Assembly (NCBI GenBank): GCA_951406725.2
Contig: OX597822.1
Coordinates: 29,946,001-30,010,000 of the forward strand
DNA from: Octopus vulgaris
Lineage: Eukaryota
DNA length: 64,000 nucleotides
Direction: 5' to 3'
Within the stretch, counting starts at the first letter, position 1; each line of letters starts with the position of its first letter. Made by a program: the position numbers and the translations under genes. This document shows, one piece after another, positions 28,021 through 41,072 of this stretch. Under the pieces are notes generated by a model. It saw only the letters and a program-made list of their open reading frames with translations. It ran no database searches and was not told where the DNA came from.

Positions 28021-29032
28021 AGAAAATAGTAAAAAGTGAAAAAACTACAGAAGGCTTGTTTTAAAATGTTAAAGAATATATATTTAAGTCAATATGTCTG
28101 AAGAATATAATAAATTTTTTTCTTTACAATGACATAATTTAGAAGAAAGACCGGTTTCGCGTTTAGCTTTTCAAATTTCTTACGTCGTTATGTTTATGTT
28201 GAGAAGAGTTATCGTTATGTTTATGTTGAAAAGAGTTCTAAATAAGGGGAGGTAATAAGTGATTTCTTCCGGTGTAAGGGAGATAATCGCTTAAAAAAAT
28301 TTTTCCTTTCCTTTGGGGTGAATTTTTCTGTATAAGTATGTTGGAATGGTTAAGTCTGGGCTTGTACTTTTCAATGAAGAATGTTTCCTTGTTTAGTCTA
28401 GTTTGTGTTGATGATCCGATAGCACATTGGTAAAATGGAAAGATTAAAAATTGTGGTAGTAGTTGTTTTGCGCATTTCTCAATGTGCTCACTAAAAGGTA
28501 TCATTCTGTATTCTGGGAATGCAATCTGTTGTCGATGCAGTGTGCATCTACGTCTGAGTGATAGTCCCGTGGATCCCACGTAGTCTTGGTGGCAGCCCGA
28601 GCATTTTATGACATAAATTATGTTTTCAGAGGCACAAGTAAAATTAGATTTGATCTTGAATTCCTTTGAAGAGGAATTCTGAATTCTGTTGCACAGTTCG
28701 GTCTACCACATTTTTTTTACTTTTGCATCCGTAATTTCAGAAAACAATTTTGCCTTTGTGAGAATCTTTTTAAGTGATTTAGGTTGTTTGTAGCTTTTAA
28801 TGATTTGGTGTATGTTTAGAATTTCCTTTAATTTGGGGTCCTTATGAAGTATTGGTAAATTCTGGGTGATGATGGTGAAGGCTTCTTTGTTTCTGGGGTT
28901 GTATGTAGATATGTAAGGTAGTATTTTCGGGGAAGGTGTGTTGTTGTGTTGAACTTTTCTTAAAGTTTCTATGTTGATTTCTGTTGCACGTCTGATCCCA
29001 TCCTCTGTGAGTTGAGCTGGGTAATGTCTGTC
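28021..29032 (-). pseudogene. 5'-truncated Neptune-like PLE (RT thumb, Cys linker, GIY-YIG endonuclease, hammerhead in 3' UTR)
   Basis: LPYISTYNP, KQPKSLKKILT, KCGRPNC, FTCASENIIYVIKCSGCHQDYVGSTG, RLNKETFFIEKYKPRLN. Minus-strand agaaa-TTGAAAA-gc-taaac-gc-GAAA-ccgg-TC-tttct at 28144-28179. (TA)n at both ends. Confidence 0.85.
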
Positions 29033-29036
29033 ATAT

Positions 29037-29210
<174 letters not shown>

Positions 29211-29684
29211 CAAAAAGTAGGCAGAACAATGGGTAGACAAGACAAGCACAGACAAAGATAAAGCAAGATTTTGACAAGATATAATGAAGGGAGGAGACTA
29301 TAAAGCAGTGGGAGGGTGACAAGGAGCAGTAAGAGTCAAAAACAGACTGATTAACATATAGAGAGGGGTACATAAATAGTTTAAGAGATTAAACAAAAAA
29401 CATACAAGACCAACGAGAAAGGAGGTTAGACATAAACAAATATCAATCTAAATAAATCCATATATATATATATATATATATATATCTTCTCCCGTCTGTC
29501 TTGATAGACAATAGAGACAGTTGGAAAATTTTAGCCTGAGTAGGTGTGTGCGCGTGCGTATATACAGATACGTATGTGATAGACCCACCCTGGGTACGAT
29601 GGTTTCTTCACTACGTAGTTATGCCTATGTCCATGCACACATACATACATACATACATACATTACATACGTAAATGCATGCATA

Positions 29685-29904
29685 TCTCTTTTACTTGTTT
29701 CAATCGTGTGACTGTGGCCATGCTGGAGCACCGCCTTTAGTCGAACCAATCGACACCAGGACTTATTCTTTGTAAGCCTAGCACTTAATCTCTCGGTCTA
29801 TTTTGTCGAACCGCTAAATTACGGGGACGTAAACTCACCAGCATCGGTTGTCAAGCGATGTTGGGGAGATAAACACAAACACGCAAACATATATACACAC
29901 ATAC

Positions 29905-29970
<66 letters not shown>

Positions 29971-30132
29971 ATATACGACGGGCTTCTCTCAATTTCTGTC
30001 TACCAAATCCACACACAAGGCTTTGGTCGGCCCGAGGCTATAGCAGAAGACACTTGCCCAAGGTGCCACGCAGTGGACTGAACCCGGAACCATATGGTTC
30101 GTAAGCAAGCTACTTACCGCACAGTCACTCCT
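29685..30132 (-). mobile_element. SINE family A, full length
   Basis: Aligns with the 16253 copy. Confidence 0.88.
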
Positions 30133-30522
30133 ATGTGTATACCAATATTCCACTGAACTTTTTAATAATTCCTTCTGGAAATTATCTTTTACTTTTTTTG
30201 AGAATGTATATATTTGTTGTAATCTTTTGTGTCCAATATTTCAATGAACTTGTTAAACTTTTTTATGTTCTTAACATGCTCTTGTCACCAAAGAATGTAT
30301 ATATATATGTATTGTAGTACTCTGTGACAACCAATATTCTGTGCGTGTTTGAGTATACAGATACAATACCAATATCCCACAGAACTTTTTAATACATGTT
30401 GCTTTTCACAATCTTTTTCCAAAAAGTGAAACCGGTAAAGTAAATAAACATCTTTTAAAATTGCATTTTCAAACCTTCTTTCGTATATAATTCCACTCGT
30501 GCGGTACCCTACAACTCCACTT

Positions 30523-30590
<68 letters not shown>

Positions 30591-30595
30591 ATCTA

Positions 30596-32816
30596 ACTTT
30601 GCTGTGTAGATGTAGAGACTTAAAGCTAATACCACCTGGCTTGAATATAACGACACCAGTGGATTCATATAAAGCTAGAAGAGTAGCGGAAAGGGCAGGA
30701 CATACCCTCATCCGTGAGAGGATCCATTACAACTGTTGGAAAAAAAAACATCAACTAAATAACGGGATCAAAGAGAGGTTATCTCCATTACTTAGGAAAA
30801 TAACCAGAGATGATGATAAAAAGAGAATCCAACAAGATCTGGAAAAGTCGTACATGAAAGAATTTTAAATAGTGAAGACACGCCGGTTTAAGAAGTTTAT
30901 GAAACTCAAAGGTCAGAGCACGAAGACTGAAGTCCGCTACCCAACTTTGAAAGCAGTAATTAATGTAAAGAGCCGACATCTAGAAAGATCTGAAGAAGCA
31001 GTACTAAACAATGGTCTTAACTTTGCGACAACCATCAAGCGAATTCCATACTTGGACATAATAGGCCGTATTGAAGAGATAGCCGTAAAAATACCAAAAG
31101 CTCGGGGAGATGAACTAAGGTGGAAAGTGAGATAGGTACTGGAAAAAGCAAAACTTCCCAAATCAAACATCACTAAGGAAGAAACGTTCGCTATCAAAAG
31201 ACTACAGAGTGACAATTCCATCATAATACTTCTAGCGGACAAGGGAAATGCTACAGTAGTGATGAACAAGTCTGACTACTCTGAAAAATTGGCAAGTCTT
31301 ATAAGTGATGATAGCTATACCAAAGTAAAGAAAGACCTAACTCTGAAAACAGAGAGGAAGTTGTCACAGATCTTGATCAAGAATAAGGATCACTTTACAC
31401 GAATGAAGTACAGACAACTGACTCAACACAAGATTCACAAGGATGGAATTCCATTAAGACCTATAGTGAGCTGTAGAGGTTCAGCACGTCATCCACTGAA
31501 CCGCTTCCGTGTGGATATAATCAGTCCATTAACAGGAATGTCAACATCGTTCGTGTAGAATTCCACCCACTTCACAGAATTGATCAAGGATACCCCCCAT
31601 TGAATCCAACCAGATGGTGAGTCCAGATGTGATAAGTTTGTTCACCAAAGTCCCAACTGGTGAAGCACTATCAGTGATTCAAGAGAAACTAGTGACAGAC
31701 ACTCATCTAAAGAACGCACTAGTATACCAATAAGAAACTTAATGGAAATATTGACCTTATGTGTAGAAACTACCTACTTCTGTATTGACACTGATATATA
31801 TCGACAAGAAGAGGGTTTAGCTATGGGTTCGCCATTATCACCGATAATAGCCAATGGAATACTTTGAGAATTTGGCTTTAAGATCAACACCACTAAAACC
31901 AACACTATGGCTGCGATATGTTAATGATACCTTTATACTCTGCCCCCACCAGGAAGATGTCCAAGTGCTGTTAGGTCATGTGAACTCAATAAAGCCATCC
32001 ATACAGTTCACAATGAAAAAGGAAAATGAGAATCAGCTAGCATTCCTGGACGTATTAATAACATGCACCAAGTATGGATTTAGGACATCCGTATACCGCA
32101 AGCCGACCTTCACTGGACGATACCTCAACATTAACACCCACCATCTATACAGTGTAAAGAGAGGGATTGCTCAGTGCCTAAAACATCGAGCAAAGAATAT
32201 AAGTAGCGATCGTGATACCCACCACGAAGAAATGATCAGGCTCAGTAACAATCTATTAAGCAACCACTACGCCAAAAACATACTATCCACTCCAATTATG
32301 AAGAAAAGAGAGGATGAAACCAATAAACTATCCAAAGTCTGTCTACCCTATGTGAAAGGCCTCTCCGAAAAGATACAAAAGATATGCGGCCCATATGACA
32401 TCAGGACAGTATTCAAGAGTAATACAACACTTCGCAAATATCTCCTTCGAGTAAAACCACCAATAGAAGAGAATATGACCAAACACAGCATGTACTCTAT
32501 CCCATGCAGCTGTGGTAGGTTATACAAAAACCAAACATGCCGCCCCCTGAAAATAAGGGTAGATGAACATAGCAAAGCTCTGACACGAGGAGATATTTAT
32601 AAATCGGGTATAGCTTATCATGTATGGAAAAATGGAGACCACCTCCCCCTGTGGGATGAAGTTGAAATGATAGACAGGAAACACCACTGGAAAATACGAA
32701 AACTAAAAGAAGCACATATGCTAGGAAATAACAACCTCCTAAGCAGACCAAGTGCAGTTATGAACAGTATATGGGAACCGGTATTAAGAAAGGATAGGAA
32801 AATATTAGATTTATAA
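30596..32816 (+). pseudogene. PLE reverse transcriptase-GIY-YIG endonuclease (stops and frameshifts)
   Basis: CRDLKLIPPGL, GLNFA, ADKGNATVVM, KIHKDGIPLRPIVS, GLAMGSPLSP, WLRYVND (YxDD), LAFLDV, VYRKPT, MYSIPCSCGRLYKNQT. Confidence 0.93.
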
Positions 32817-32837
32817 GCCCTAAAACTCACTCCATAT

Positions 32838-32910
32838 GGGCATATGGCGTGGTAGTTAAGAGCGCGGGCTACTAACCCCAAGATTCAGAGTTCGATTCCA
32901 GGTAGTGACG
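32838..32910 (+). promoter_or_regulatory. tRNA-like segment with Pol III A and B boxes in the PLE 3' UTR
   Basis: A box TGGCGTGGTAG (TGGCGTAGTGG in the 13.7 kb copy), anticodon-like arm GGG-CTACTAA-CCC, B box GAGTTCGATTCC. Confidence 0.7.
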
Positions 32911-33034
32911 TGAATAATAATAATAATAATGATAATAATAATAATAATAATGATAATAATATTATTATTATAACATCGAAAAAAATCGAAAAAAATACCT
33001 TAGGAACGAGAACCCAGGTTCGAAAGTTCCCCAC

Positions 33035-33080
33035 GACACCTGATGAAGGCTGGAGGGTATATCAGCCGAAACATTGTGTT
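33035..33080 (+). ncRNA. minimal type I hammerhead ribozyme of the PLE
   Basis: gacac-CTGATGA-a-ggctg(gagggtatat)cagcc-GAAA-catt-gtgtt. The sister copy has palindromic AACGTT. Confidence 0.8.
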
Positions 33081-33552
33081 AACATACAAACAAGATGAGG
33101 AAAAATATCTGTCAAATGTAAATAATGTAAATAATGTCTTGTAGGGACGTACACGCTTTTGCACAGATGTGACAACAAAAGGCGCCTCTTGCAGTAGGTA
33201 TTCAGAGTTCATCACCTACGTTGACACATTTTTTTCATTCAATGTTTTGCCTTTTTCCGCTTTGAGTAGACATAGTAAGCAACACATCACAGAGGTGTCA
33301 ATAAAGACGTCAGACATAAATCTATGACTGGGCCGGAAACATTTTAAAGGTAGAAGTGACATTGTGCAGAGCTAATTCTCTATACAATGCATGCGTTTGT
33401 TCACAAAGAATTTGTCTACATGACTGGGATCACGATTGGCGCCTCTACAGAGCAGGTTTGTAAGGGTACCTGCCTAATCGTCGACTTCCAGATTATGCCA
33501 CAGTTTGTATTGGGTTACATGTTACCAAAAGCATTAAGAGTGACCTGATAAA

Positions 33553-33762
33553 ACATACATACATACATACATACATACATACATACATACATACATACAT
33601 ACATACATACATACATGCATGTATAGATGCATGCATACATACACACATACATACATATATACATACATGTATGGATGCATACATACATACATACATACAC
33701 ACATACATACATACATACATACATACATACATACATACATACATACATACATACATACATAC
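33553..33762. repeat. (TACA)n microsatellite
   Basis: Direct reading. Confidence 0.9.
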
Positions 33763-34532
33763 AAGACATTACCACCATCATAAGCAGTTGTCCAAAAACG
33801 TCATCGCGGTATTATCTACCGATGACACATGATGTTGTAGTCAGGACATTGTATAATGAGATCCGTCGGAAGGATAATTCCAAAGTTAAAGAAATAAGAA
33901 CCCACGGTATGGTAGAGGCTATTGCCACTCATAAGAAGGAGTACTGGTGGAATGTCCTAGTGTAAACCTCAGTAAAATGTAAACACAATAGACCTGACAT
34001 GGTGATTTAGGACGGAGAGGAGAAACTGTGTACGGTAGTGTGAGTAAGCTGCCCAACGAATGTGAACATAAAGCTAAAGATCGGTGAAGTAGAAAATATC
34101 TACGCTGAATTATTGAGAAATCTGCAGTTACTCTACCCAGTTTACACATTCAGGTTTATACCTGTAATTATTGGGGCACTGGGATACGTAACACACTGCA
34201 TAAGTACCAAATTTGTGAAATTAGGCTTCTCAAAACCAGAAAGGACAAAGCTGATTCGAAGGCTACATGTCCAAGCCATTACTGGACTTGTAAATATTTT
34301 GTAAAACTTTCCAGAGGTTTATCATTTAAGAATATATGCGTATGTCTAGACATACAACTACACACATGAGAATACATACAGAAAACAAAACATACAAATC
34401 TGCACATGTACATACATACATGCAAAAGCCCCTGTTTATGTTGTTAAAATTTCAATGAAGGAGCCTTGGATCTTGGTTAGAAACCGGTATCTTCTCTATT
34501 GGCAAGAAATCTTGAAATAAACTGCATAATGA
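33763..34532 (+). pseudogene. 3' end of an R4-like LINE (restriction-like endonuclease) inserted in (TACA)n
   Basis: TTIISSCPK..YYLPMTHD, KHNRPDMVI, FIPVIIGALG. 3' UTR ends in GACATACATA. Confidence 0.8.
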
Positions 34533-34589
34533 CATACATACAAACATACATACATACATACATACATACTACATACATAATACATACAT

Positions 34590-35000
34590 AGGATAAACCC
34601 AAGAACAAATAAATAAGAACCCACAATATAGAGGAAGCCATAGCCACAGCTACTCATAATAAAAATGAATACTGGTGGAATGTCCCAGTGAAAACCTCAA
34701 TAAAATGTAAACGTAAGAGACCTAATATAATGATTTGAGATAGAGAAAAAAACAGTGTACAGCTGTGCAAATCAGCTCCCCAGCGGATATTTACATAAAG
34801 CTGCAGGTCAGCGAAAAAGAGGATACCTACGCTGAACTATTGAGAAACCTATAATTACTCTACCCAGATTTCAAATTCAGACTTATACCTGTAATTATTG
34901 GGCCACTGTGATATGTAGCACAGTGCCTAAATACTAATCTTGAGAAACCAGCTCTTTCCCTATTGGCAAAAAAACTTGAAATAAAACTCAGTAATGGAAT
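34590..35000 (+). pseudogene. second decayed fragment of the same (TACA)n LINE
   Basis: Aligns with 33870-34230 and the 3' end (TACTGGTGGAATGTCC, ATACCTGTAATTATTGGG). Confidence 0.75.
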
Positions 35001-35560
35001 ACATATATACATACATACATATTTGTATAGATTGATCCATACATGTATGCACGCATACAAAGCCAATAAACATATTGGATACCATATCTGAAAGTGAAAT
35101 TTAAGTTTGCAGACTTAAATAAACACTATAAAAAATAATAAAAATACATTAAACAAATACATGTATGAGCAGAAAATATTGTAGTCGTTATACTCAGTGT
35201 ACGACGGTGAGCGATACACAAAGCTCTATTGCTTCTGAAAAAATATCCAAAATACTTACACTCTCTGATCAAATGATTTTCGTCTTCAGTTATTATACCA
35301 TTTTATACTGAACACGCACTGGCACCCACCTCCCCAAAAATTTCGGGATTTGTGCCTAGAATAGAAAAGAATAAAAATCATTTCGAATAAAAGTATACTC
35401 TTACAAAGAGGTGAATAAAGTAATGTCTTCCGAAGAGCAGATAAAAGAACATCGCAGCGTTATGGTTGGAATATTTCAATAAACATTAGTAAATAATCCG
35501 AGACGATATCTAATAATCTTACTTATTCTTTCTTGAAATATTCCAGCCTCAACGCTAGTG

Positions 35561-35732
35561 GAGGCGCAGTGGCCCAGTGGTTAGGGCAGCGGACTCGCGG
35601 TCGTAAGAACGCGGTTTCGATCCCCAGACCGGGCATCGTGAGTTTTTATTGAGCAAAAACACCTAGGCTCAACGAGGCTCCAGCAGGGTGGATGGTGAAC
35701 TCCGAAGTACTCTTTTACCACAACTTTCTCTC
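35561..35732 (+). mobile_element. tRNA-derived SINE family C (truncated)
   Basis: GGAGGCGCAGTGGCCCAGTGGTTAGGGCAGCGGACTCGCGG...GGTTTCGATCCC, as at 50724. Confidence 0.8.
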
Positions 35733-36347
35733 TTCCAACTTCTGCCACAAAGCAGAGGGACCATGGTGTAACCCACTATGGTGCGGTAAACTTTCAGACC
35801 CTAGTCTAGATTGCGAATCCTCTGTACCCCAGGATGGTTCAGCTCTCCACCCGTTAAAAAAGCCACCGTTTACGGAATGAGGATAACAACATAGCTTTCG
35901 CGCCCGTGCAACCGCCAGTCTATCGCATGTTGTGGGTAGATCTTCAAGTTGCCACACGCATTCTTAGTAGCTTAGAGTAGGCTCGAATTAGAGATTATTC
36001 TTTGTGGCTAATGGCGTGAGTCCTGATTGGAAGAAGAAGAAGACCAACGCTACAAAATTCTTTTATTCGCTCTTTGAAAGACTTTACACCAATCTATTTA
36101 TACATGATGTTTATATAGTTATGTATCCATGAATTAAAAAAAAAATATTGTAATATTTTAACGACTGATACACTGGTATATTTTAAAGACTGATATGCAT
36201 CGATCCATAGCAGGATATATATGTATAAGTAAATTGTTGAGCCTATCTGAAATTCTCGTTAACATATTTTTACTTTTGCGTCTCGGGTCATAGCATTTCT
36301 GAGTAGTGCCTATACAATAAACAAAGAAACTTTACTATATATATAGT

Positions 36348-36396
<49 letters not shown>

Positions 36397-36424
36397 TATA
36401 TGTCTGTGTATATATATATATGAA

Positions 36425-36600
36425 TTTTTTGCGTAATGAGATAAAAAAAAACCACGGCTGTGTAAATATTAGAACATTTATAGATAGAAGGTCTTACAAC
36501 TGTTTCCAGGATATTTATTAATTATATGCCTTCATCGGAGACGGTGTGAGAGGATGGTTGTCATAGTTAGTTTAGATGTGATACAAAAATAAAATAATAT
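36425..36600 (-). mobile_element. PLE-type fragment with hammerhead motif between (TA)n tracts
   Basis: Minus strand gtct-CCGATGA-agg...cctg-GAAA-cagttg-TA-agac at 36491-36542. Confidence 0.6.
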
Positions 36601-36656
36601 ATATATACATACACGCACACACACACACACACACACGTATATATATACATATAAAC

Positions 36657-36714
<58 letters not shown>

Positions 36715-36718
<4 letters not shown>

Positions 36719-36955
36719 GAAAGAGGACTGTCGTATATATGTGTATATTTGTGTGTGTGCGTCTGTATTTGTACCCCAAATATCGCTTCACAACCGGTGT
36801 TGCTGTGTTTACGTCCCCGTAACTTAGCAGCTCGGCAAAAGACACTGATAGAATAAGTACTAGGCCTACAAGGAAAAAATCCTGGAGTCAGTTTGTTCGA
36901 CTAAAGTTGGTGCTTCAGTATGGCCACAGTCACATGACTGAAACAAGTAAAACAA
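36715..36955 (+). mobile_element. SINE family A 3' part
   Basis: TTTACGTCCCCGTAACTTAGC...GACTGAAACAAGTAAAA. Confidence 0.8.
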
Positions 36956-37005
36956 CAAAAAAAAATCTATGCCATTTTAATTCCGAACAACGCTGGGTAT
37001 CTCTG

Positions 37006-37054
<49 letters not shown>

Positions 37055-37056
<2 letters not shown>

Positions 37057-37209
37057 GGAGTAAACACATAAATGTGAAACAAGGTGGAAAAAAGAGTACT
37101 CAAATACCAGTGGTAGAGTGATATGCTTTATTTAAAGCACCAGAAAATTCAACAAAATCTGTTACTCTGAGTTTCAGATTTTGTTGAATTTTCTGCTGCT
37201 TTAAATAAA

Positions 37210-37215
<6 letters not shown>
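37055..37215. mobile_element. fold-back insert between (TA)n tracts
   Basis: Inverted arms 37121-37161 / 37175-37215. Confidence 0.6.
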
Positions 37216-37257
<42 letters not shown>

Positions 37258-37874
37258 ATACACAACACTGCATACGTATATAGGCAATCCCAGGCATGGT
37301 CTGGGTGAATAGTGCCAACACCTAAGTTATATATGAAGGGGTGTGTGTATGTTTGTGATTATATTTTCCACGCGTGTATATGTACGTGTGTGTGTGCGCG
37401 CGCCTTTTTTTTTTATCTATTTTATACTCGACTGATTAAATATGAAAATACTTGAGAAATATGAACATTAGGAGATTTCGTTAATGTTACTCAGTGCAAC
37501 ATGAGAACGCAAAAAAAAAACACCCCCAAAGTATTGATAAAAACATAATGAAAAGATTTCTTTCCGACACATACACACGCCACTCCAGTGTGTCTTTTCT
37601 CCTTCAAATTCTATCTTTGAAGTCATGCTGGTTCGCTGCACTTTAGATTTTTCTGGAGGGCATCGACACCAGTACTTATCTTACATTCAGGTGCTTATTC
37701 TCTTATGCGGAACCATTAATTTGTGGGAACATAAACAAACCAACACCGGTTGTCAAGTGGTAGTGAGCGGCAAATACAGACACAAAGGCACATACACACC
37801 ACACCAAACTCGCACACGCCCACATTCACCCACACACCTGCACTCACACCTACCCCGTGGGTACTAAAGAAATA

Positions 37875-38350
37875 GTTATTTCGTCTGCCGCTACGTTCTG
37901 AGTTCAAATTCCGCAGAGGTCGACTTTGCCTTTCATCCTTTCCGGGTCGATTAAATAAGTACCAATTACGCACTGGAGTCGATATAATCGATTTAATCCG
38001 TTTGCCTGTCGTTGGTTTTCCCTTCTATGTGTAGGCCCTTGTGGGCAGTAAAGAAATAAGAATCGTAAGAGTGACCGAAAATTTTCTTGTAAATGTTACT
38101 TCCTGCTCCTTACGTTCTGAGTTCAAATCCCCAGAGATCGATAAAATAAAGAACCAGTCAAATGCTGGAGTCGTTTGTACCGGTTAATCAATCCCTTCTC
38201 CACAAAACTTTCAGGCTTGTGCTTATCTGACAAGCAAGTTGTAGGTCGATGAATTTCTAGAATCATTAAATCGTCCAGCAAAATCGTTTTGCAGTATTTG
38301 TTCCGGCTTCTTACGCTCTGAGTTCAAATCGCGCTGAGGTCAACTGTTTT
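37875..38350 (+). mobile_element. cluster of SINE family B fragments
   Basis: Repeated TACGTTCTGAGTTCAAAT motif. Confidence 0.7.
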
Positions 38351-38602
38351 TTTTTTCTTTTTCATTCACTTTTCTTTTTCTTTGGCCGAGAAAATTAAGT
38401 GTCAAATGTATTTGAACCGAAATTAAGGTTAATAAGCTAGTCTGCATTTCAGGGACCACAGCCTGTTTCACCTTTGTCTTTGTTCCTACAGAAATTTTGA
38501 CGGACGTCGCAGCCTCAGAGCGTACTTTCGTACACCACCACCAGCACCATCACCATTACCGCCACCACCATTACCACCACCACCACTACCCCGAACCCAT
38601 CT

Positions 38603-38656
<54 letters not shown>

Positions 38657-38960
38657 GTTATTTGCAGTAGCTTGCCTGTTTTCTATTGTTGAAATGGCGA
38701 CAATAATCCACTTTTCACGGGACAATGAAGGAGGTCATCGACCTGTTCGAAATAACAAATCACCCGTAGAAGAAGGAGACGTTAACACCATAACATAATA
38801 TACTATTATACGACGAGATAGTCGTAGCGAAAAATGTCTTTGAGCGTGAATGTATTCGATTGGAGTCATATTGGGGGGCAATCAGCATTTTAGGGAACAA
38901 CAATTCAATGAAACAACACAATATATTTGAAGATATATGATCAATTAATTAATCACCCAG

Positions 38961-39015
<55 letters not shown>

Positions 39016-39452
39016 GTCTGTCTGTCTGTCTGTCTGTCAATCTATCTATCTATCTCCAGCGTTTTCCACCTTTTATTAATTTTACTAATGTGTTTCTCTT
39101 TACCGATAGAGTCTCTAGTGTTTCTCTCACTCTGTCCATCTTTCTCTCTTTCTCTCTCCCCCTCTCTTTCTCTCGCGTGCTTTCTCTTTTGTTGATAGAA
39201 CAATGCATATTATGAATGCAGGTACACTACTGAGGCAATTTCTTTTTTGGTATGCATAAAAGCAAATTTTAGTATGCATAAACCAGCTGGTTTTGAGCAG
39301 AACCACAGCGTTTTCTTCAGAAGATGAAGGGAAACCAGTTAACAACTAACTGATCAGTCGAAACAGCTGTAAAGATATGAACTAATTGTAACATGCTTTT
39401 TCTGTCTTTCTACTTCCAACCTCGCTCGATTTCGATCATACGTCTAGCCAAA

Positions 39453-39483
<31 letters not shown>

Positions 39484-39546
39484 ATGTATGTATATGTATA
39501 TATATTCACGTAGATTGAAATATCGGTCTCTCTCTCTCTCTCTCTC

Positions 39547-39617
<71 letters not shown>

Positions 39618-39621
<4 letters not shown>

Positions 39622-39930
39622 TGGTTAGAGCGTCGAGCTTACGATCGTGAGGTTGTGAGTTTGATTCCCGGACCGAGCTGCATGTTGTGTTCTTGAGTAA
39701 GACACTTTATTTCACGTTGCTCCAGTTCACTCAGCTATAAAAATGAGTTGCGGCATCACTGGTGCCAAGCTGTATCGGCCTTTCCCTTGGATTAAATCAG
39801 TGGTGTGGAGAAGGAGGCTGGTATGCATGGGCGACTGCTGGCCTTCCATAAAACAACCTTGCCCGGACTTGTTCCTCAGAGGGTAACTTTCTAGGTGCAA
39901 TCCCATGGTCATTCATGACTGAAGGGGATC
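39618..39930 (+). mobile_element. tRNA-derived CORE-like SINE family D (duplicate at about 43410-43722)
   Basis: GTGGTTAGAGCGTC...GAGTTTGATTCC, TGTGTTCTTGAGTAAGACACTTTATTTCAC CORE-like block. Confidence 0.75.
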
Positions 39931-40880
39931 TCCTCTCTTATATATATAATATATATACCGCCGTCTATAATGCTTATGATGTGTCGACAACCGTGGAATG
40001 CTACTAGCTGAAATATTTTCTCTCATAGAAACATCTCAAAGAGACAGATGTCTCTTTGCTCACAGCATCAGTTGACAACCAGACAATGTTTTCTGACCAG
40101 ATTTGCTCTCTGCAGTGAATAACTGAATATTTTGATCGAAATCGAAAAATGATTGTTCCTATACAAAGATTAGTTAACAAGGAATTTACTGACAAGTGCG
40201 AAAAGCAATCTGACTAAAATCAAATTAATATACGTTCATAAAACAGTTTTACATTAAAATAGCGGTAGAAAATATATATTTGGGACTGAAACCTTATGAT
40301 TTTTGCTTCGTTAGCTACTAAACAAATGAGAATTAGATTAAATATGAGTGGAATATTAATTCTTTTTGTTACGAAGTGGCAGAGTCGGTAGAGTACCGGA
40401 GAAAATTTCTTGTGGTATTTATTCCACGAAGCGTTCTATACCACTCTCTACACGTTCTGAGTTCGAATCCTGCCAAAGTTAACTTCAATTTTTTATCTTT
40501 TCGAAGTCGCTAACAAAATATACCAACCAATGGCAATAAATTGGCAGGACTGTATATACCTCAGAACGGTTATCACCAGCTCTTTGAGTCCTGACTTCCA
40601 ATTCCTCTACGGCCTTCCTACTTGGCACACTTAATCTGACACCCGTCTTAACACCACTACATTGCATCTTGGGTTCATTTAGCGAGCATTCGAGACTGGT
40701 TTCCGGTATGAGATCACATTGAACACTGCTTTCTCTCAATGGTTAAAGAAGATAAAGATATATTAACCCGAAACAGATTTTTTTCTTTTCCTCTAAAATA
40801 AACTGATCAACCAATCAATTATAATAGAAGCAATTCCGGCCGCCATTGATTGTCAGTTCGGTATAGTGGTCACATTGTAT

Positions 40881-41072
40881 AGGCAGCGAGCTGGCAGAAT
40901 CGTTAGCACGCCGGGCGAAATACTTAGCAGTATTTCGCCTGTCGCTACGTTCTGTGTTCAAATTCCGCCGAGGTCAACTTTGCCTTTCATCCTTTCGGGG
41001 TCGATAAATTATGTACCAGTGATCGACTGTTCCTCTCCCCACAAAATCAAGGCCATGTGCCTAGAGTAGAAA
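40881..41072 (+). mobile_element. SINE family B (duplicate 44684-44892)
   Basis: Head and GTGCCTAGAGTAGAAAAG tail. Confidence 0.85.

Larger units (their letters stand above)
30590..33137 (+). mobile_element. near full-length Penelope/Poseidon-type PLE
   Basis: Continuous disrupted ORF plus 3' UTR with tRNA-like segment, (AAT)n and hammerhead. Preceded by (TA)n. Confidence 0.92.

Noticed and set aside
28238-28720. Selenocysteine-encoding (Naiad-type) PLE
   Set aside because: No in-frame TGA seen in the GIY-YIG region, and a hammerhead-like motif is present instead.
32838-32910. Functional tRNA gene (also the SINE heads at 16253, 35561, 39618, 50724)
   Set aside because: A/B boxes are present but acceptor stems do not pair, and the sequence continues into repeat bodies.
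39290-39375. Hammerhead at GAAACAGCTGTA (and half-motifs at about 5685, 9255 and 30428)
   Set aside because: No convincing CUGANGA core at the right spacing, so these were not counted.
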